Assembly (NCBI RefSeq): GCF_006345805.1
Contig: NC_043015.1
Span: 15,066,001 to 15,130,000, forward strand
DNA length: 64,000 bases
Direction: 5' to 3'
From: Octopus sinensis
Taxonomy: Eukaryota
How positions within the stretch are numbered: the stretch's first letter is position 1; the number at the start of each line of letters is the position of its first letter. Positions 1 through 14,796 of this stretch are shown in pieces. The position numbers were made by a program, and so were the translations under genes. The notes beneath the pieces are model-generated. The model had not been told where the DNA came from. It saw only the letters and a program-made list of their open reading frames with translations, and searched no databases.

Positions 1-71
1 GTATCAGGGTTTGCTTGGCTCCATTTTGTTTTTAGCCAGTCTTCATAACTATTAATACCACAGCAGTCCAG
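1..71 (-). CDS. TSPAN7: Tetraspanin coding exon 5, truncated by the window edge: LDCCGINSYEDWLKTKWSQANPD...
   Basis: Acceptor tttgcttctctttag at 72-86. Encodes the hallmark CCG plus D-W motif of EC2 and continues off the left edge. Confidence 0.93.
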   Translation of the reverse strand, partial: MDCCGINSYEDWLKTKWSQANPD

Positions 72-287
72 CTAAAGAGAAGCAAAAAATAAACAGGCCT
101 CAAGTTAACAATTTTAATGATGTAGTAAAATAGAAGACAAAACTGAAAATTACTTTATTTTTTTAAAAATATTTTTATATTAGTTTAGATTATACATATA
201 TGTGTGTGTGTGTGTATGTGACCACGTGTGTTCCGTTGGCGATTTTTTTCCTCCGTCTTCCCTTCTCTGGATCTTTCCTCTTCCTAT

Positions 288-322
288 GTTTCTGATGAAG
301 TGCTCCGCTCGAAACGTAAAAC
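288..322 (+). ncRNA. Minimal hammerhead ribozyme motif within a dispersed repeat (195-440)
   Basis: gttt-CTGATGA-a-gtgc tcc gctc-GAAA-cg-TA|aaac. Stem I is gttt/aaac. Stem II has one T.T mismatch. Stem III is the palindrome ACGT. Confidence 0.6.
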
Positions 323-412
323 CCTCCTTCTTCCCTTCCTGCTTGAGCATCCAATAATACTATATTTGTTCCACGTCCTCGCATTGTTGTGTTTTCATGT
401 TTGGATTAACTT

Positions 413-443
<31 letters not shown>

Positions 444-619
444 TAAAGAGCCAGTCATCACCAAAAAACGAATATGGCTTCGTAACATGTACCATGTTTT
501 TGCTAATTGTTTTAGGTGTTTATGTAGTTGTGCACTGACATAGACATCCTCTCATTTGTTCCATCCTTTTACTCATCAACACATACAGAATGAGATAGCC
601 AGAGGGAGGGAGGGAGGGG

Positions 620-657
<38 letters not shown>

Positions 658-2424
658 AGAACTGCATTACCACATGGCTGGTATTTATTTTCAGCTGAGT
701 AAACTAGAGCAAGATGAAAGAAGTGTCTTGCTCACAGACATAATGCGGCACCAGGTCTAAGAATTGAACATTATGATTGTGATCCAAACACCCTAACCAC
801 TAGGCCATGTTCACTGTCTTCATTTTACATTTAATTTCCTATGTAGACATGGGTCTGATGAGTTGACACTCTGAATCAATTCTTATTCAGAGTTCCTGCA
901 AGTGTGCATGCATTTATGTATGCATGCAGATGTATAAGTAATCTTATAGACTCCAGGGATTACTTCAAACCTGGTACTTATTTTTACCAGTCTATATTTA
1001 TTGTAAGGTTAACTTACTTTTGACACAACACTGGCTCTCACATCAATAAGCATAAATGCAGACACACATACACACATGTATGCGCATTTGTATGTCTTCC
1101 TTTACCTTTACTAATATAAGAAACAATATCTTATCAAAAATATAATTTAGCTATTCAATAAATATAAGTAGGTATCTATCTTAATAATACTAAAGTTCTA
1201 GGGATGTTTGTGTGTACCTGAAATATCTCAGAAATAGTACATTTTATCTTTTTTTGCATATTTATTTTCATACTTACCTTTGGCAGTGCAGTACAAATTT
1301 TTGTGACATTTAGAACTATATTTATTAATGAAAACAAGTCAACACAATTTTTGTGTTTACTCATAACGTCAACACATACACATATACAGAATACACACAC
1401 ATATAATGAATGTCATGGCAAGTTAATCAACACAAACACATCTGTTATTTGTGACATATACACACACATAACCTTCATGCTAAGTAAAAAAAAATGTTGA
1501 CTTCTTAATGTACACAATCCTTTAGAAATATTTTGAACTGAATGTGATTTCAAAAATGTAAGTTGTTTGTACAGTAAGTATTTATATTTTAGCTTTCTTT
1601 AAACAGACAATATTTTAATGTTCTTTTTTAATTATTTTTCAAGTCATTAATTTCCACAAAATGTTTTTATTTATTTACTTTTATTTCAAAGTGAAAGAGA
1701 GGAGAAAGTGAAAGATATATGTATGTGTATACGAAATGGATATGTGTGTGTAAGAGAGAGAGAGAGTGAAAGGGTCTGTTGTCATGTATATGTACATACA
1801 TCAATACATGTGTGTACATCTTTTTTGTATGTACGTGTTCATGTGTGTGAGTGCATGTGTGGGAGTGATTGAATGTGTGTGTGTTCTCATGTATGTGTAA
1901 GCAGTATTCTCCCTCTCACACACACACATAAACGTCCATTTCATACACCTGTTCATACATTTTTCATGTTCCCCTCTCTTTCACTTTAAAACAAAAGCAA
2001 ATAAATAACATTTTTTATAGAAATTAATGATCAAAACCAGCTGATCTGGATGAGAGTTCTAAGAGTCAAAGCGACAGTTCTGAGAGTCAAAACAAAAGAT
2101 TGCCCCAAAGGAATACCATTACAAAAATTTTTCGAGTGCATTCAACATATCTTAGTTCCAAAGATTTGGCTGCTATTTCTAACACGCCGTGCTACCACAT
2201 GACAGCTATTTGTGATACAGGACCCGAAATACCTGTTATGTAGTAGCAGGGTATGCAAGAAATAGCAGCCAAATCTTTCCTTTTCCAGGGAAAGGAGCTG
2301 TTTATGTGTGATTCTGATGTCACATTCGTTTAAAGCATGCAAAATAGCCTGGAAAAGGAAAAAAAATCCATGAAACAAAACTCCCTCGCTGGGAAATCAT
2401 TAAAAAAAAATTCTGAATACTCAC

Positions 2425-2526
2425 GGTCTTCTGCAAACCATCAATTGCATTACTGCTGGGAGCATAGTCCTTGTCCTCATAGTGATCTAAAGCAGTACGT
2501 AAACCAACTTGGAATCCCTTTTCAAG
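2425..2526 (-). CDS. TSPAN7: Tetraspanin coding exon 4 (EC2 helices A/B): LEKGFQVGLRTALDHYEDKDYAPSSNAIDGLQKT
   Basis: 102 nt, phase 0-0, acceptor ttattctcag, donor GTGAGT. Ends in the typical D-x-L-Q-x-x just before CCG. Confidence 0.93.
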
Positions 2527-2576
2527 CTGAGAATAAATTATGTAAAAATAATAATGTAAGAATATATATATGTATA

Positions 2577-2873
2577 CAATTGCTGCATGGAAGGTGTTTA
2601 TACACACAAATTAGATTCACTTCAACATTTAAATTCAGTTCATCAAAATATTTTCGTCACTTTGAAACCATGACCTGTTCACTGACAAAATTCCATGAGT
2701 GAACAGGTCGCAGCTTCAAGGCGACAAAAATATTTTGACAAATTAAATTTAAATGTTGAAGTGAATCTAATTGTTTTTGTGTTTTTAAATGGCTTATAAA
2801 CACCTTCCATGTTGCAATTGTTTTTGTTTCAGCACACAATCTCAGATCAAGTCACTTGCTATGCAAGTAGATC
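2577..2873. mobile_element. Palindromic dispersed element (244-bp imperfect palindrome plus ~55-bp asymmetric tail)
   Basis: caattgctgcatggaaggtgtttata...tataaacaccttccatgttgcaattg. Second copy at 49347-49629. Confidence 0.8.
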
Positions 2874-2938
2874 TTTGTAATATATATGTATATGTTTTCA
2901 TATAATATAAAATCATATGATGTGCAAATATATGTATA

Positions 2939-3420
2939 CTAGCTGTTGTACCCAGTAAATCCCGGGAAAGCAGGGCTTATCCCTTGGTTCTGTTCTCATA
3001 ATTGTTTTGCTAATCCAATAACAACAATACAAAGTATGTAGCCCTTAAAATGGTTTTTGTGCATTTATAGAGAATACCGAACTGTCTTACACAAGATCTT
3101 GTTTTTGGGAATTCCAAATAAGTTGTGAATACCCAAATTATGAAGTCTGTTATGTAATAACATGAAATTAGTTAACCAATAGTAAGAATTCAAATAAAGT
3201 AGCCCTGAAAAGGGCCCTAATGCATTCCCAGGGTATATAGAACTGAGGAAGAAATACTATAAGGTATGTATACTAAAATCGTGAAGCATGTTATGTAATA
3301 ACAGGCTAATCAGATATGAGATAATAACAGTTCAAAGTAAATAATTCTGAAAAGGGTTTTTGTACATTCCCAGAGAATATGCTGATGAGAAATAAGAGCT
3401 AAAAGCTCAAAATCATATGA
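2939..3420 (-). mobile_element. Helitron 3' end followed by degenerate ~150-bp tandem subrepeats
   Basis: Minus strand: hairpin cccgggatttactggg, 8-nt spacer, CTAG|T (2939-2942). Repeated tagccctg/taaaaggg...cattccca units near 3040, 3200 and 3345. Confidence 0.55.
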
Positions 3421-3667
3421 TATAGGGATATCTCTTGCCTCATTTGTGACTATCACCTGCAATGGCAAGTTAATTTCTTTACTTGTCCCCCAGTTTTTGC
3501 CAGCTTGTGCCTTCGGTGAAATGTTGGTTTATTAGTATTTTTTTACTCTTATTTACAGCAACGTTGGTGCCTCGTGTACTCTCAATTATAATTATCAATT
3601 ATAAAATTTATGGATTTGCTCTTTATTGGTTTTAATGCTTGCTGACTACTTATATTATTGTTATTAT

Positions 3668-3704
<37 letters not shown>

Positions 3705-4769
3705 ATATAAAAGATTAAATTAAAATTTATTAAATTTTTATTCTGAAATTAGTTGAAACACAAGTTTGAAATCTTAAATCAAAGAGGATGCTGCAGAAAT
3801 TGAAAACAATTTCATTTGTTCAATTAATTAGTGAATAATATTAAAAAAATTATGTAAATATAATTTAAAAAAATTATTAATGTGTTGTAAAACACAAAGC
3901 TTCACTATCTTATAGTTATGTATAACATTATAGTAATTTTACAACATCAGGCATCAAATGAGTTTGTACATTTTAGGCCAATTTCAGTTAGATCTTTAAA
4001 TGAACAAATGGGACTTGGATTATCTTCCGAGTAAGAACGATATGGAAGTTGTCTCCCTTGTTAATTACTCCTATATCACGGGCAGTTGTACAGTTGTATC
4101 TTGAAGATAACTTGAGTCTAAAGTGACAATGGTTGCATTAATAAAATCCATTTATTCTCTGCACTATGGAAGGACAAAGTGACTGGAATGTTTCTGTAAA
4201 AATATTTCTTGGTAGAATTATTAATGCACCAGACAAAGTGCTTTGAGGCACTTTTGACTCTTTATGCACAGAGTTCAAATTCCAACAAGGTCAACTTTAC
4301 CTTTCATCCTTTGAGATTGATGAGTAGATTCCTTTGAAACATTTGATGTCTGTAAAGATATATCATGGTATTCTAAAAGAATCTTTGTTTTTGCATACTG
4401 CCTACAGTTAATCAGGAACTATTTATTGTGATTTATTTATTTGAACTATCAGTAAATAGCTTAAAGTGACTAAACCAACATATGGCAAATTGGACGACCT
4501 AGGATTAGTGGACCAGCTGTTGCTGTCATAGTTTTATTTGCAGTTTTACAAAAGATTGTGTTATGCTATGTCCTTCTCACAAAGTTTAAGTGAAATTCAA
4601 TATCTTAAGTCAACAGTGATGCTCTGTCTATTGTTTGTTAATCATTTGAACATTTGTGGGATGGTTTTTGGTAGATGTAATCTATGACTAACAAATCTTC
4701 CCCATCTTTTTTTCTTTTCATACAGCAAAGAAATGTTGAGCCTTCAGTGGGTAGACTTAGGGAATGCTG

Positions 4770-4921
4770 ATGTGAAAGAATTTACAGCTTGCTTACCAAC
4801 CACATAGTTCCAGGTTCAGTCCCACTGCTTGGCACCTTGGGCAAGTGTCTTCTAGTATAGCCTCAGGCTGACCAAAGCCTTGTCAGTGGATTTGGTAGAC
4901 GGAAACTGAAAGAAGCCCGTC

Positions 4922-4978
<57 letters not shown>

Positions 4979-5200
4979 GTACGTGTATGTATATGTTTGT
5001 GTGTCTGTGTTTGTCCCCCCAACATCGCTTGACAACCGATGCTGGAGTATTTTCGTTCCCGTAACTTAGCAGTTTGGCAAGAGACCGATAGAATAAGTAC
5101 TCTGCTTACAAAGAATAAGTCCTGGGGTCGATTTGATCGACTAAAGGCAGTGCTCCAGCATGGCCACAGTCAAATGACTGAAACAAGCAAAAGAGCAAAG
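4770..5200 (+). mobile_element. Near full-length tRNA-derived SINE with internal (TA)n (Octopus OR-type)
   Basis: tRNA-like head (ggttcagtccca B-box-like), core tggatttggtagacggaaactgaaagaagccc, (TA)n at ~4923-4977, and tail ...gactgaaacaagcaaaagag. Several other copies occur in the window. Confidence 0.85.
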
Positions 5201-6945
5201 AGCATATAAGTTTTTGCTGATAGTTTTGTGTTTGATGTTGTTATTGTATCTGAATGACATTGACTGTTACCAATCCTATTTGAGTCATCAGTCTGTTGGG
5301 ATACAGCCTTTTGAGACTTTGTGATATCTAACATGTGACAGCTATAATTTAGTTTCATATATAAGCATGCTGATATCTCCATTTCTGTCTGTGTTGTCTC
5401 AGCTGCAGTTGTGTATGTATGTGTATGTCCTTGTGAATATTAGGATTGTAGTGCCATTGAACTGTGTGGCCATAATGACAGAATATGGTGGATCAAGAAA
5501 TAATCTTGTAAATGGGGACATATCAAATATGGAGCTTCTAATAACTAAAAGAATATTCTTTGCAGTGCACAGCTTCTTAAACATATGCTCACTAATATTA
5601 TTCCACTTAGCCTACAATCTATCTATCTTTCTATTTGATTCTTCATGTTCAAGCTGCTCTATGGTTATGGTTAAATTCTGGTACCATATTAAGACATTCA
5701 AAATAACAAAACACTAAGAGTACAGACACTTGAATTTTATTTATTCCAGTTGCTTGCAGCAGAAGCATATTAGTGTATTGGTGCATCTAGAGCAAGTCTG
5801 CATTATCATTATTATGTAAAACTTCTAAGGCAGAAAACCAGCAGAACAGTTAGCAAATTGGACAAAATGTTTTATGACATTTCTTCCAGCACTTTTGTTG
5901 TTATATTATTATTATTATTATTATTTGTAATTTTGTTGTGAGTACTTTTTAAAGTGTTTGAGTTGGTGTTAATTTTACCAGAAGAGGATCTATGATCTTT
6001 GCAAAGACTGGTTGCTCTTTGATTTTGAGTTCAAATTTCACCTAGGTTGACTTTGCCTTTAATCCTTTTGGGGCCGGTAATATAAGTATTAGTCAAGCAC
6101 TGGGGTCGATGTAATCAATTGGTTCCTTCTTCTAAAATTGCTGGCCTTGTGCCAAAAATTAGAAAAATTTATGTACAACTTTCATCCTTGTAGTGTTGAT
6201 AAAATAAAGAATCAGTCGAGTTCTGAGTTGAATTTATAGACTTATCCTACCTCTAAATTTCAGGCCTGTCTAACTTAGAAATTATTATTGAGCATATGTG
6301 TGACGAGTTTAATTAACAGAAGTTGTACAACATTTTATTTCCTTTTGGAACACAAATCTTATTACAACAGATGTGTGTGTGTGTGTAAAGGTTTCTGCCC
6401 GTGTATCTATTCCCACATCTCCCACTCTTCTTTCTTAGTCCACTTAAACACCTGCTCTCACTTCCTCTTCCCCCATTTCCATCACCTCCACCCAGCCCAC
6501 ATCCATCCACTCCCCATCCAACCCTTACCCACAGTGAGCTAAATCAGTAGTTCTTAAACATGCCTATGGACTCCTTTGGTTCCAATTTTACTCAGGTCTG
6601 ATCTTCAATGCCATTCAATTTTTAAAAAATCCTTTTATATATTTTTATAATTAAATATTATTAGGAACTGTATAAGAAAATTTCTAAAATATTTTGCGTA
6701 TTGTAGAAGTATGATCAATTTATTGTATATAAATTTTTAACAAAAAAATCTTATATGCCCCCCCCCCCCCCAGGCCATATAGACCCTGGTTGAGAATTAC
6801 TGAGGTATATGATGGACTGTGAAGAAATTTATATTTTACTAAGACATCATAATAAATAAAACCATAAAAGAGAAACTATCTATATTGAGTGAGATTTAGG
6901 TTATGAAATGTAACATTACAAAAAGAACAAGATTAGCAAATTTAC

Positions 6946-7020
6946 CTTATTCTTGAAGATAAAGCCTGCAATTCCAGTACTGAGTTCAACCACGAAGACA
7001 ACCACCAAAAATCCAGCATA
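6946..7020 (-). CDS. TSPAN7: Tetraspanin coding exon 3 (TM3): YAGFLVVVFVVELSTGIAGFIFKNK
   Basis: 75 nt, phase 0-0, acceptor caattttcag, donor AAG|GTAAAT. Contains the conserved TM3 glutamate (E-L-x-x-G-I-x-G-F-x-F). Confidence 0.95.
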
Positions 7021-7173
7021 CTGAAAATTGAATCAAAGTAACAAATAATATTCATTAAAAAAACCCAGTTGTAATTGATGTAAGGTAGCTTTAACTGTTT
7101 AAGTCAGGCATATAACTAAACAAAATCACCTTTGATGAAAAGTAATAACTAAAATACCAGCACAATATGGGTT

Positions 7174-7503
7174 ATCATCATCATCATCATCATTTAGCAT
7201 CCGTTTTCCATGCTAGCATGGGTTGGATGGTTCAACTGGGGTCTGTGAAGCCGGAAGGCTGCATCAGGCCCAGTCAGATCTGGCAGTGTTTCTACGGCTG
7301 GATGCCCTTCCTAACGCCAACCACTCCGTGAGTGTAGTGGGTGCTTTTTACGTGCCACCTGCACAGGTGCCAGACGGAGCTGGCAAACGGCCACGAACGG
7401 ATGGTGCTTTTACATGCCACCGGCACGGGGGCCATGCGAGGCTGGCAATGGACACGAACGGATGGTGCTTTTACATGCCACCGGCACGGGGGCCAGGCGA
7501 AAC
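7174..7503 (-). mobile_element. 3' fragment of the RTE-type LINE/SINE with (ATG)n tail and three ~60-bp minisatellite units
   Basis: Homologous to 52754-53000 (ccatgctagcatgggttggatggtt...ggatgcccttcctaacgccaaccactcc). Confidence 0.8.
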
Positions 7504-7779
7504 ATATAAAATGGGTTATGAATATATATATATATATATATGAATGTGTCCCTGTCCTGGAGAGAAAGGCCACTTTACACAAGAACAAAATCCCCAGGGA
7601 GAGGAAAATTCTTAGACTTCATACAAAAATTTCAAATCATCTAAACAAACAAGTTGAAAGCAGTGAAAAATCCCACCTGAAAATACAACTGCTGGAGATT
7701 TTAAAAAATCAGCAACCCTCCCATGTAAAAGTAAGAGCAGACAAAGGAGCCTGGGCTATAGACAGTATGAAATATAAAA

Positions 7780-8395
7780 TTTTCAAGTGATGGTGAGGGA
7801 TGAATGCAGACACAGACACACACATATATATATATACATATACATATATATATATACACATATATATATAATATACATATATATATATACACATATATAT
7901 ATATATATATATACACATATATATATATTATATATATATACCATATATATATATATATATATACACCTATATATATATATATATATACACATATATATTA
8001 TATATATATATACATACACATATATATATATATATATACACATATATATATATATATATATACACATATATATATATATATATACACATAATATATATAT
8101 ATATCACCATATATATATATATATATACACATATATATATATAATATATATACACCTATATATATATATATATATACATATATATATAGATATATATACA
8201 CATATATATATATATATATCACACATATATATATATATATATACACATATATATATATATACACATATATATATATATATATACACATATATATATATAT
8301 ATATATACACATATATATATATATATATATACAACATATATATATATAATATATACATATATAATATATATATATATATATACATATATACATAT

Positions 8396-8437
<42 letters not shown>

Positions 8438-8439
8438 TA

Positions 8440-8519
<80 letters not shown>

Positions 8520-8697
8520 TATACATATATATATATATATATTATATACATATATACAATATATATATTATATATATATATAATATAATATATATATATA
8601 CAACACATATATATATATATACACATAATATAATATATACACACATATATACACATATATATATATATACACACTATATATATATATACACATATAT

Positions 8698-8730
<33 letters not shown>

Positions 8731-8961
8731 CCACACATATATATATATATATATATACACATATATATATTACATATATATAATACACATATATATATAC
8801 TATATATATATATACACATATATATATATATATATATATACACATATCTATATATATATATATATATTACACAATATATATATATAATATATATATATAC
8901 ATAATATATATATATTATATCATATATATATATACACATATATATATCTATATATATATAC

Positions 8962-9010
<49 letters not shown>

Positions 9011-9065
9011 TATATAATATATACACATATATATATATTATATTATATATAATATACACATATAT

Positions 9066-9097
<32 letters not shown>

Positions 9098-9276
9098 TAT
9101 AATTATATATACACATATAATATATATATATATACACTATATATATATATTATATAATATATATATATATATACACATATATATATATATATATATATTA
9201 TATACACACATTATATATATATATATATATACACATATATATATATATATATATACACATATATATATATATATAT

Positions 9277-9311
<35 letters not shown>

Positions 9312-9376
9312 CACATATATATTATATTATATATATAATATATATACACATATATATATATATATATTATATATAT

Positions 9377-9412
<36 letters not shown>

Positions 9413-9423
9413 CATATATATAG

Positions 9424-9489
<66 letters not shown>

Positions 9490-9679
9490 TATATATATAT
9501 ATATAGATACAAATATATATATATATATACACACATATAATATATATATATATACACACATATATATATTATATACACATATATATATATATAGATACAC
9601 ACAATATATATATATATATATACACACTATATATTATATATATATACACACATATATATAATATATATATACACACATA

Positions 9680-9713
<34 letters not shown>

Positions 9714-9791
9714 CCACATATATATATATATATACACATATATATATATATAATACACATATATATATATATACACATATATATTATATAT

Positions 9792-9832
<41 letters not shown>

Positions 9833-10035
9833 TATATAATATATATACACATATAATATATATATATAACATATATATATATAACACATATATATATATA
9901 TAACATACACACATATATATATATATATATGTGTATATATATATAATATATATACACATATATAATATATACATATATATAATATATATACATATATATA
10001 TATATATATATTACATATATATATATATACACATA

Positions 10036-10068
<33 letters not shown>

Positions 10069-10149
10069 TATAATACACATATATATATATATATACACAT
10101 TATATATACAATATATATATGTGTATATATATATATATATATATACACA

Positions 10150-10185
<36 letters not shown>

Positions 10186-10343
10186 ATATATATACACATA
10201 TATATATTATATATATATACCATATATATATATATATATACACATATATATATACACATATATATATATATACACATATATATATATATACAATATATAT
10301 ATATATCCACACATATATATATACATATATATAATATATATAC

Positions 10344-10381
<38 letters not shown>

Positions 10382-10441
10382 TATACACATATATTATATA
10401 TATAACACATATATATATACACATATATATATATATACACA

Positions 10442-10486
<45 letters not shown>

Positions 10487-10565
10487 ATATATATATAATA
10501 TATATACATTATATATATATATATATACACATATATATATATATATATAATATATATATATACAC

Positions 10566-10642
<77 letters not shown>

Positions 10643-10667
10643 TATAGATATATATATATATATACAC

Positions 10668-10701
<34 letters not shown>

Positions 10702-10811
10702 ACACATATATTATATATATATACATATATATACACACATATATATCTATATATATATATATATACACACATAATATATTATATAGATATATATATATAT
10801 ACACACATATA

Positions 10812-10844
<33 letters not shown>

Positions 10845-10935
10845 TATAGATATATATATAGATATACACATATATATAGATATATATATATATACACATA
10901 TATATAGATATATATATATATACACATATATATAG

Positions 10936-10985
<50 letters not shown>

Positions 10986-11186
10986 TATATATATATATAT
11001 ATATATACACATATATATATATATATATATTATATATACACATATATATATATATAATACACACATATATAATATATATATATACACACATATATATAGA
11101 TATATACACATATATATATATATATATATATATACACATTATATATATTATATATATATATATAACACATATATATATATATATAC

Positions 11187-11231
<45 letters not shown>

Positions 11232-11347
11232 TATATATATAGATACACAACATATATATATATTATACACAATATATATATAATATATATATACAATATA
11301 TATATATATATATACACACATATATATATATTATACATATATATATA

Positions 11348-11429
<82 letters not shown>

Positions 11430-11653
11430 TAATATATATATATAATATATATATATATATACACACATATATATATATAGATATATACACACATATATAT
11501 AATATAACACAATATATATATATATATATACACACATATATATATATATATATACACAATATATATATATATATATACACACATATATTATATAGATATA
11601 TATACACATATATATATATATAACACATATATATATAATATATATAACACATA

Positions 11654-11684
<31 letters not shown>

Positions 11685-11880
11685 TATATATATATATACA
11701 CATATATATTATATATAATATATATATACACATATATATATATATATATACACATATATATATATATATATATACACATATATATATATATATACACATA
11801 TATATATATATATACAACACATATATATATATATATATGTGTATATATATATATATATACACATATATATATATACATTA

Positions 11881-11919
<39 letters not shown>

Positions 11920-11925
11920 TACATA

Positions 11926-11957
<32 letters not shown>

Positions 11958-12220
11958 ACACATATATATATATATATACACACTATATATATACACATAT
12001 ATATATGTGTATATATATATATAATATATACACATATATATATATATATATTACATATATATATATTATATATACATATATATATATATATATAACAACA
12101 CATATATATATATATATACACATAATATATACACATATATATTATATATATAACATTATATATATATACATACACATATATATATATATATACATATATA
12201 CATAATATATACATATATAC

Positions 12221-12269
<49 letters not shown>

Positions 12270-12364
12270 TATATACATATATATATATATACACATATAT
12301 ATACACATATATATATATATATACACATATATATATATATATATACACATTAATATATATATAT

Positions 12365-12403
<39 letters not shown>

Positions 12404-12437
12404 TATATATATATATAGTATATATATATATAACACA

Positions 12438-12501
<64 letters not shown>

Positions 12502-12526
12502 TATATATATAATATATATATATACA

Positions 12527-12568
<42 letters not shown>

Positions 12569-12601
12569 CACACATATATATATATATATATATATACACA
12601 C

Positions 12602-12691
<90 letters not shown>

Positions 12692-12757
12692 TAATATATA
12701 CACACACACAATGGGCTTCTTTCAGTTTCTGTTTACTAAATCCACTCACATGGTTGA
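7780..12757 (-). mobile_element. tRNA-derived SINE (microsatellite-bearing family) hosting the 4.9-kb array
   Basis: 12711-12757 (atgggcttctttcagtttctgtttactaaatccactcac) and 7780-7822 match, in reverse complement, the sequences on either side of the internal (TA)n of the copy at 4770-5200. Confidence 0.7.
7817..12710. repeat. ~4.9-kb degenerate (TA)n/(TATATACACA) microsatellite-satellite array in tetraspanin intron 2
   Basis: Almost exclusively A/T with interspersed C on the + strand and rare G. It explains the many YI/IY/CV ORFs in the track. Confidence 0.98.
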
Positions 12758-12859
12758 AAGCACCTATTAATATACATGAAATTTTAACATTGTTAATTAG
12801 TATATTCACAAGCAGAACATTTATCAATAAGATGTCTGGAATGCTGATAGAATACTTAC

Positions 12860-13048
12860 AATGTAAAGCAAACAGGAATTTCCTTTAACAGTACAGCAAC
12901 AACCAATGGATCCAACAAGGACAATGACAGCACCAACTCCAATGAGAACATAAGGAGCTTCTTTATAATACAATGTGGACAATTCCATGTAGAGATATAA
13001 CTGTACTTTTGTCCATATCCCAATAGCAAGAATGGTAATGCCAGTAAT
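12860..13048 (-). CDS. TSPAN7: Tetraspanin coding exon 2: [63 protein letters not shown]
   Basis: 189 nt, phase 0-0, acceptor aatttacag, donor GTAAGT. Encodes the end of TM1, EC1, and TM2 with APYVLIG and G-CC motifs. Missed by the ORF track, which shows another frame. Confidence 0.95.
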
Positions 13049-14796
13049 CTGTAAATTATAAACAAAAATATGAGGTTTAGCAGAAATGCTTCTTCTATCA
13101 ACGATGTAAAAATAAATAAATAAAATTAAACTAAAAAATAAATAACACAGTTTCTTTTCCCTTTTTTATATTTCTTTATATGCATTTGACAAGAATTTTC
13201 AGCACAAAATAGTTGTAAAAAACAAATAACAACTGGTTCACATGTTTATTTTCTTTCAAAGTAGCATTTCCTTTTGGTAATTTCAAATTTTTCTGAAGCA
13301 AGTGTAGTTTTTCTTTGTTGTACTGTCAGATCATCAATGGCCCTTGGAGACTTCCTTGTCAACTGTTGTATGCTTATCATAATTTTAATGGGAGAATATA
13401 AAGATGGTTTACATTGCTTTTTTCAAGTATTTTCCAATACTTATTAGCCAAATACAAACTACTTTACTACACTGCCTGGCTACTGAGAACAAGATGGGGG
13501 TTCGTCCAGATTACTCTGAAAAAAGCATAGGGCCAGTTTCTCAGTTTCTCTGGTGTATATAATTCTCCCTGGATAGAACATTGGTCCTTCACAGGATTAC
13601 TCATTTTTACTAACTGAGTGAACTGGAGCAACATGAAATGAAGTGCTCTGTCCAAGAACACAACTCATTGCCCAGTCTAGGAATCAAAACCACAATCTTA
13701 TGATCATGAGTCCAACACTAAGCCATGCGCTTCCACTCAGAACAACATACTGTGATGCACTTTACACCAAACGCTCTTACACGAATGCATCAACTTGAAT
13801 TGGCTCTATATTTTTAGTAATTCTCAGAACAATCGAAAGTAAAGATGATCTTGGCAAGATTTGAACATATAAAATATATGCCATGTTATCACCAGTTCAA
13901 ATATGCTTGAGGAATGTTCAAACTCATGAGCAAGTCATTTTGTTAAGGAGAAAATTTCTCGCTGTAGACAAATGGTGGCAATAACATTGCATTTATACAC
14001 ATCACTGCTTAATGCTCCCACCCTGTAATATAAAATATAGAGCTTGAACAAAATATCATAAAGCAGTTTATTTATTGCTGTAATGATTCTAATAATTTTC
14101 CACTGTAGCAAGTATGGCACTGAATAGTAAACAACCAAAATATATTCATATTTTAGCTCTTTAGCATTTGCATTTCTTTGTCAAATGTAATGCATATTTA
14201 TTGACATTGTTTTGAATTAATCCCAGATTATCTTGTAGTTTCAAGATTTCAATGGAGTGTTTGTATATTTTTAGAATGATATTGTAGGGTAGGATGAGGA
14301 GATGGATCAGGTCAGTTTTAACATAAAATAGGTAGAATATTTGAGCTGGATACGGCTTAAGGGTTTAACTACATAATTAAAAAATAGCAGCTGTATCACT
14401 GGAATAAACAAAAATAAGTTTCACAAAAAATTACATAAAGATGAGGAAGATTTATGCAATTAAGACAGAGCTTAAGAAATAATGTATTTGCTAAAATGGA
14501 AGAAAATATAATGGTCTGTGACATGTATAAAACAAGAAACACATGTGACAGCAACAAGAGATACTAATGCAATGGAGAAGTTAAAGCAGAGGGTGGCTTC
14601 CGTATATAAAAGCTGAGTTGCTGATTCTGGTAACAACATAAATTCAAAATGAACTGAAAGATTCTAGAAAAATTATTCATAGAAATCTTGATTTGCCTTT
14701 TCTTTCAGGAGTCTTTTTAATAAAGGCCCAAAGTTAATATATGTATAAAGATGATTTTGGCAGGATTTGAACATATAAAATATATATGCCATGACA

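Noticed and set aside
2233-2348. AG/GT-bounded segment after exon 4 (ORF 2142-2378)
   Set aside because: No tetraspanin similarity and overlaps a repeat; the true CCG exon is at 1-71.
4770-4850. tRNA-like sequences at SINE heads
   Set aside because: No complete cloverleaf; part of multicopy SINEs, not tRNA genes.
7701-12709. Dozens of long YI/IY/CV-rich ORFs (up to 246 aa)
   Set aside because: Translation of a stop-poor (TA/CA) array; not protein-coding.
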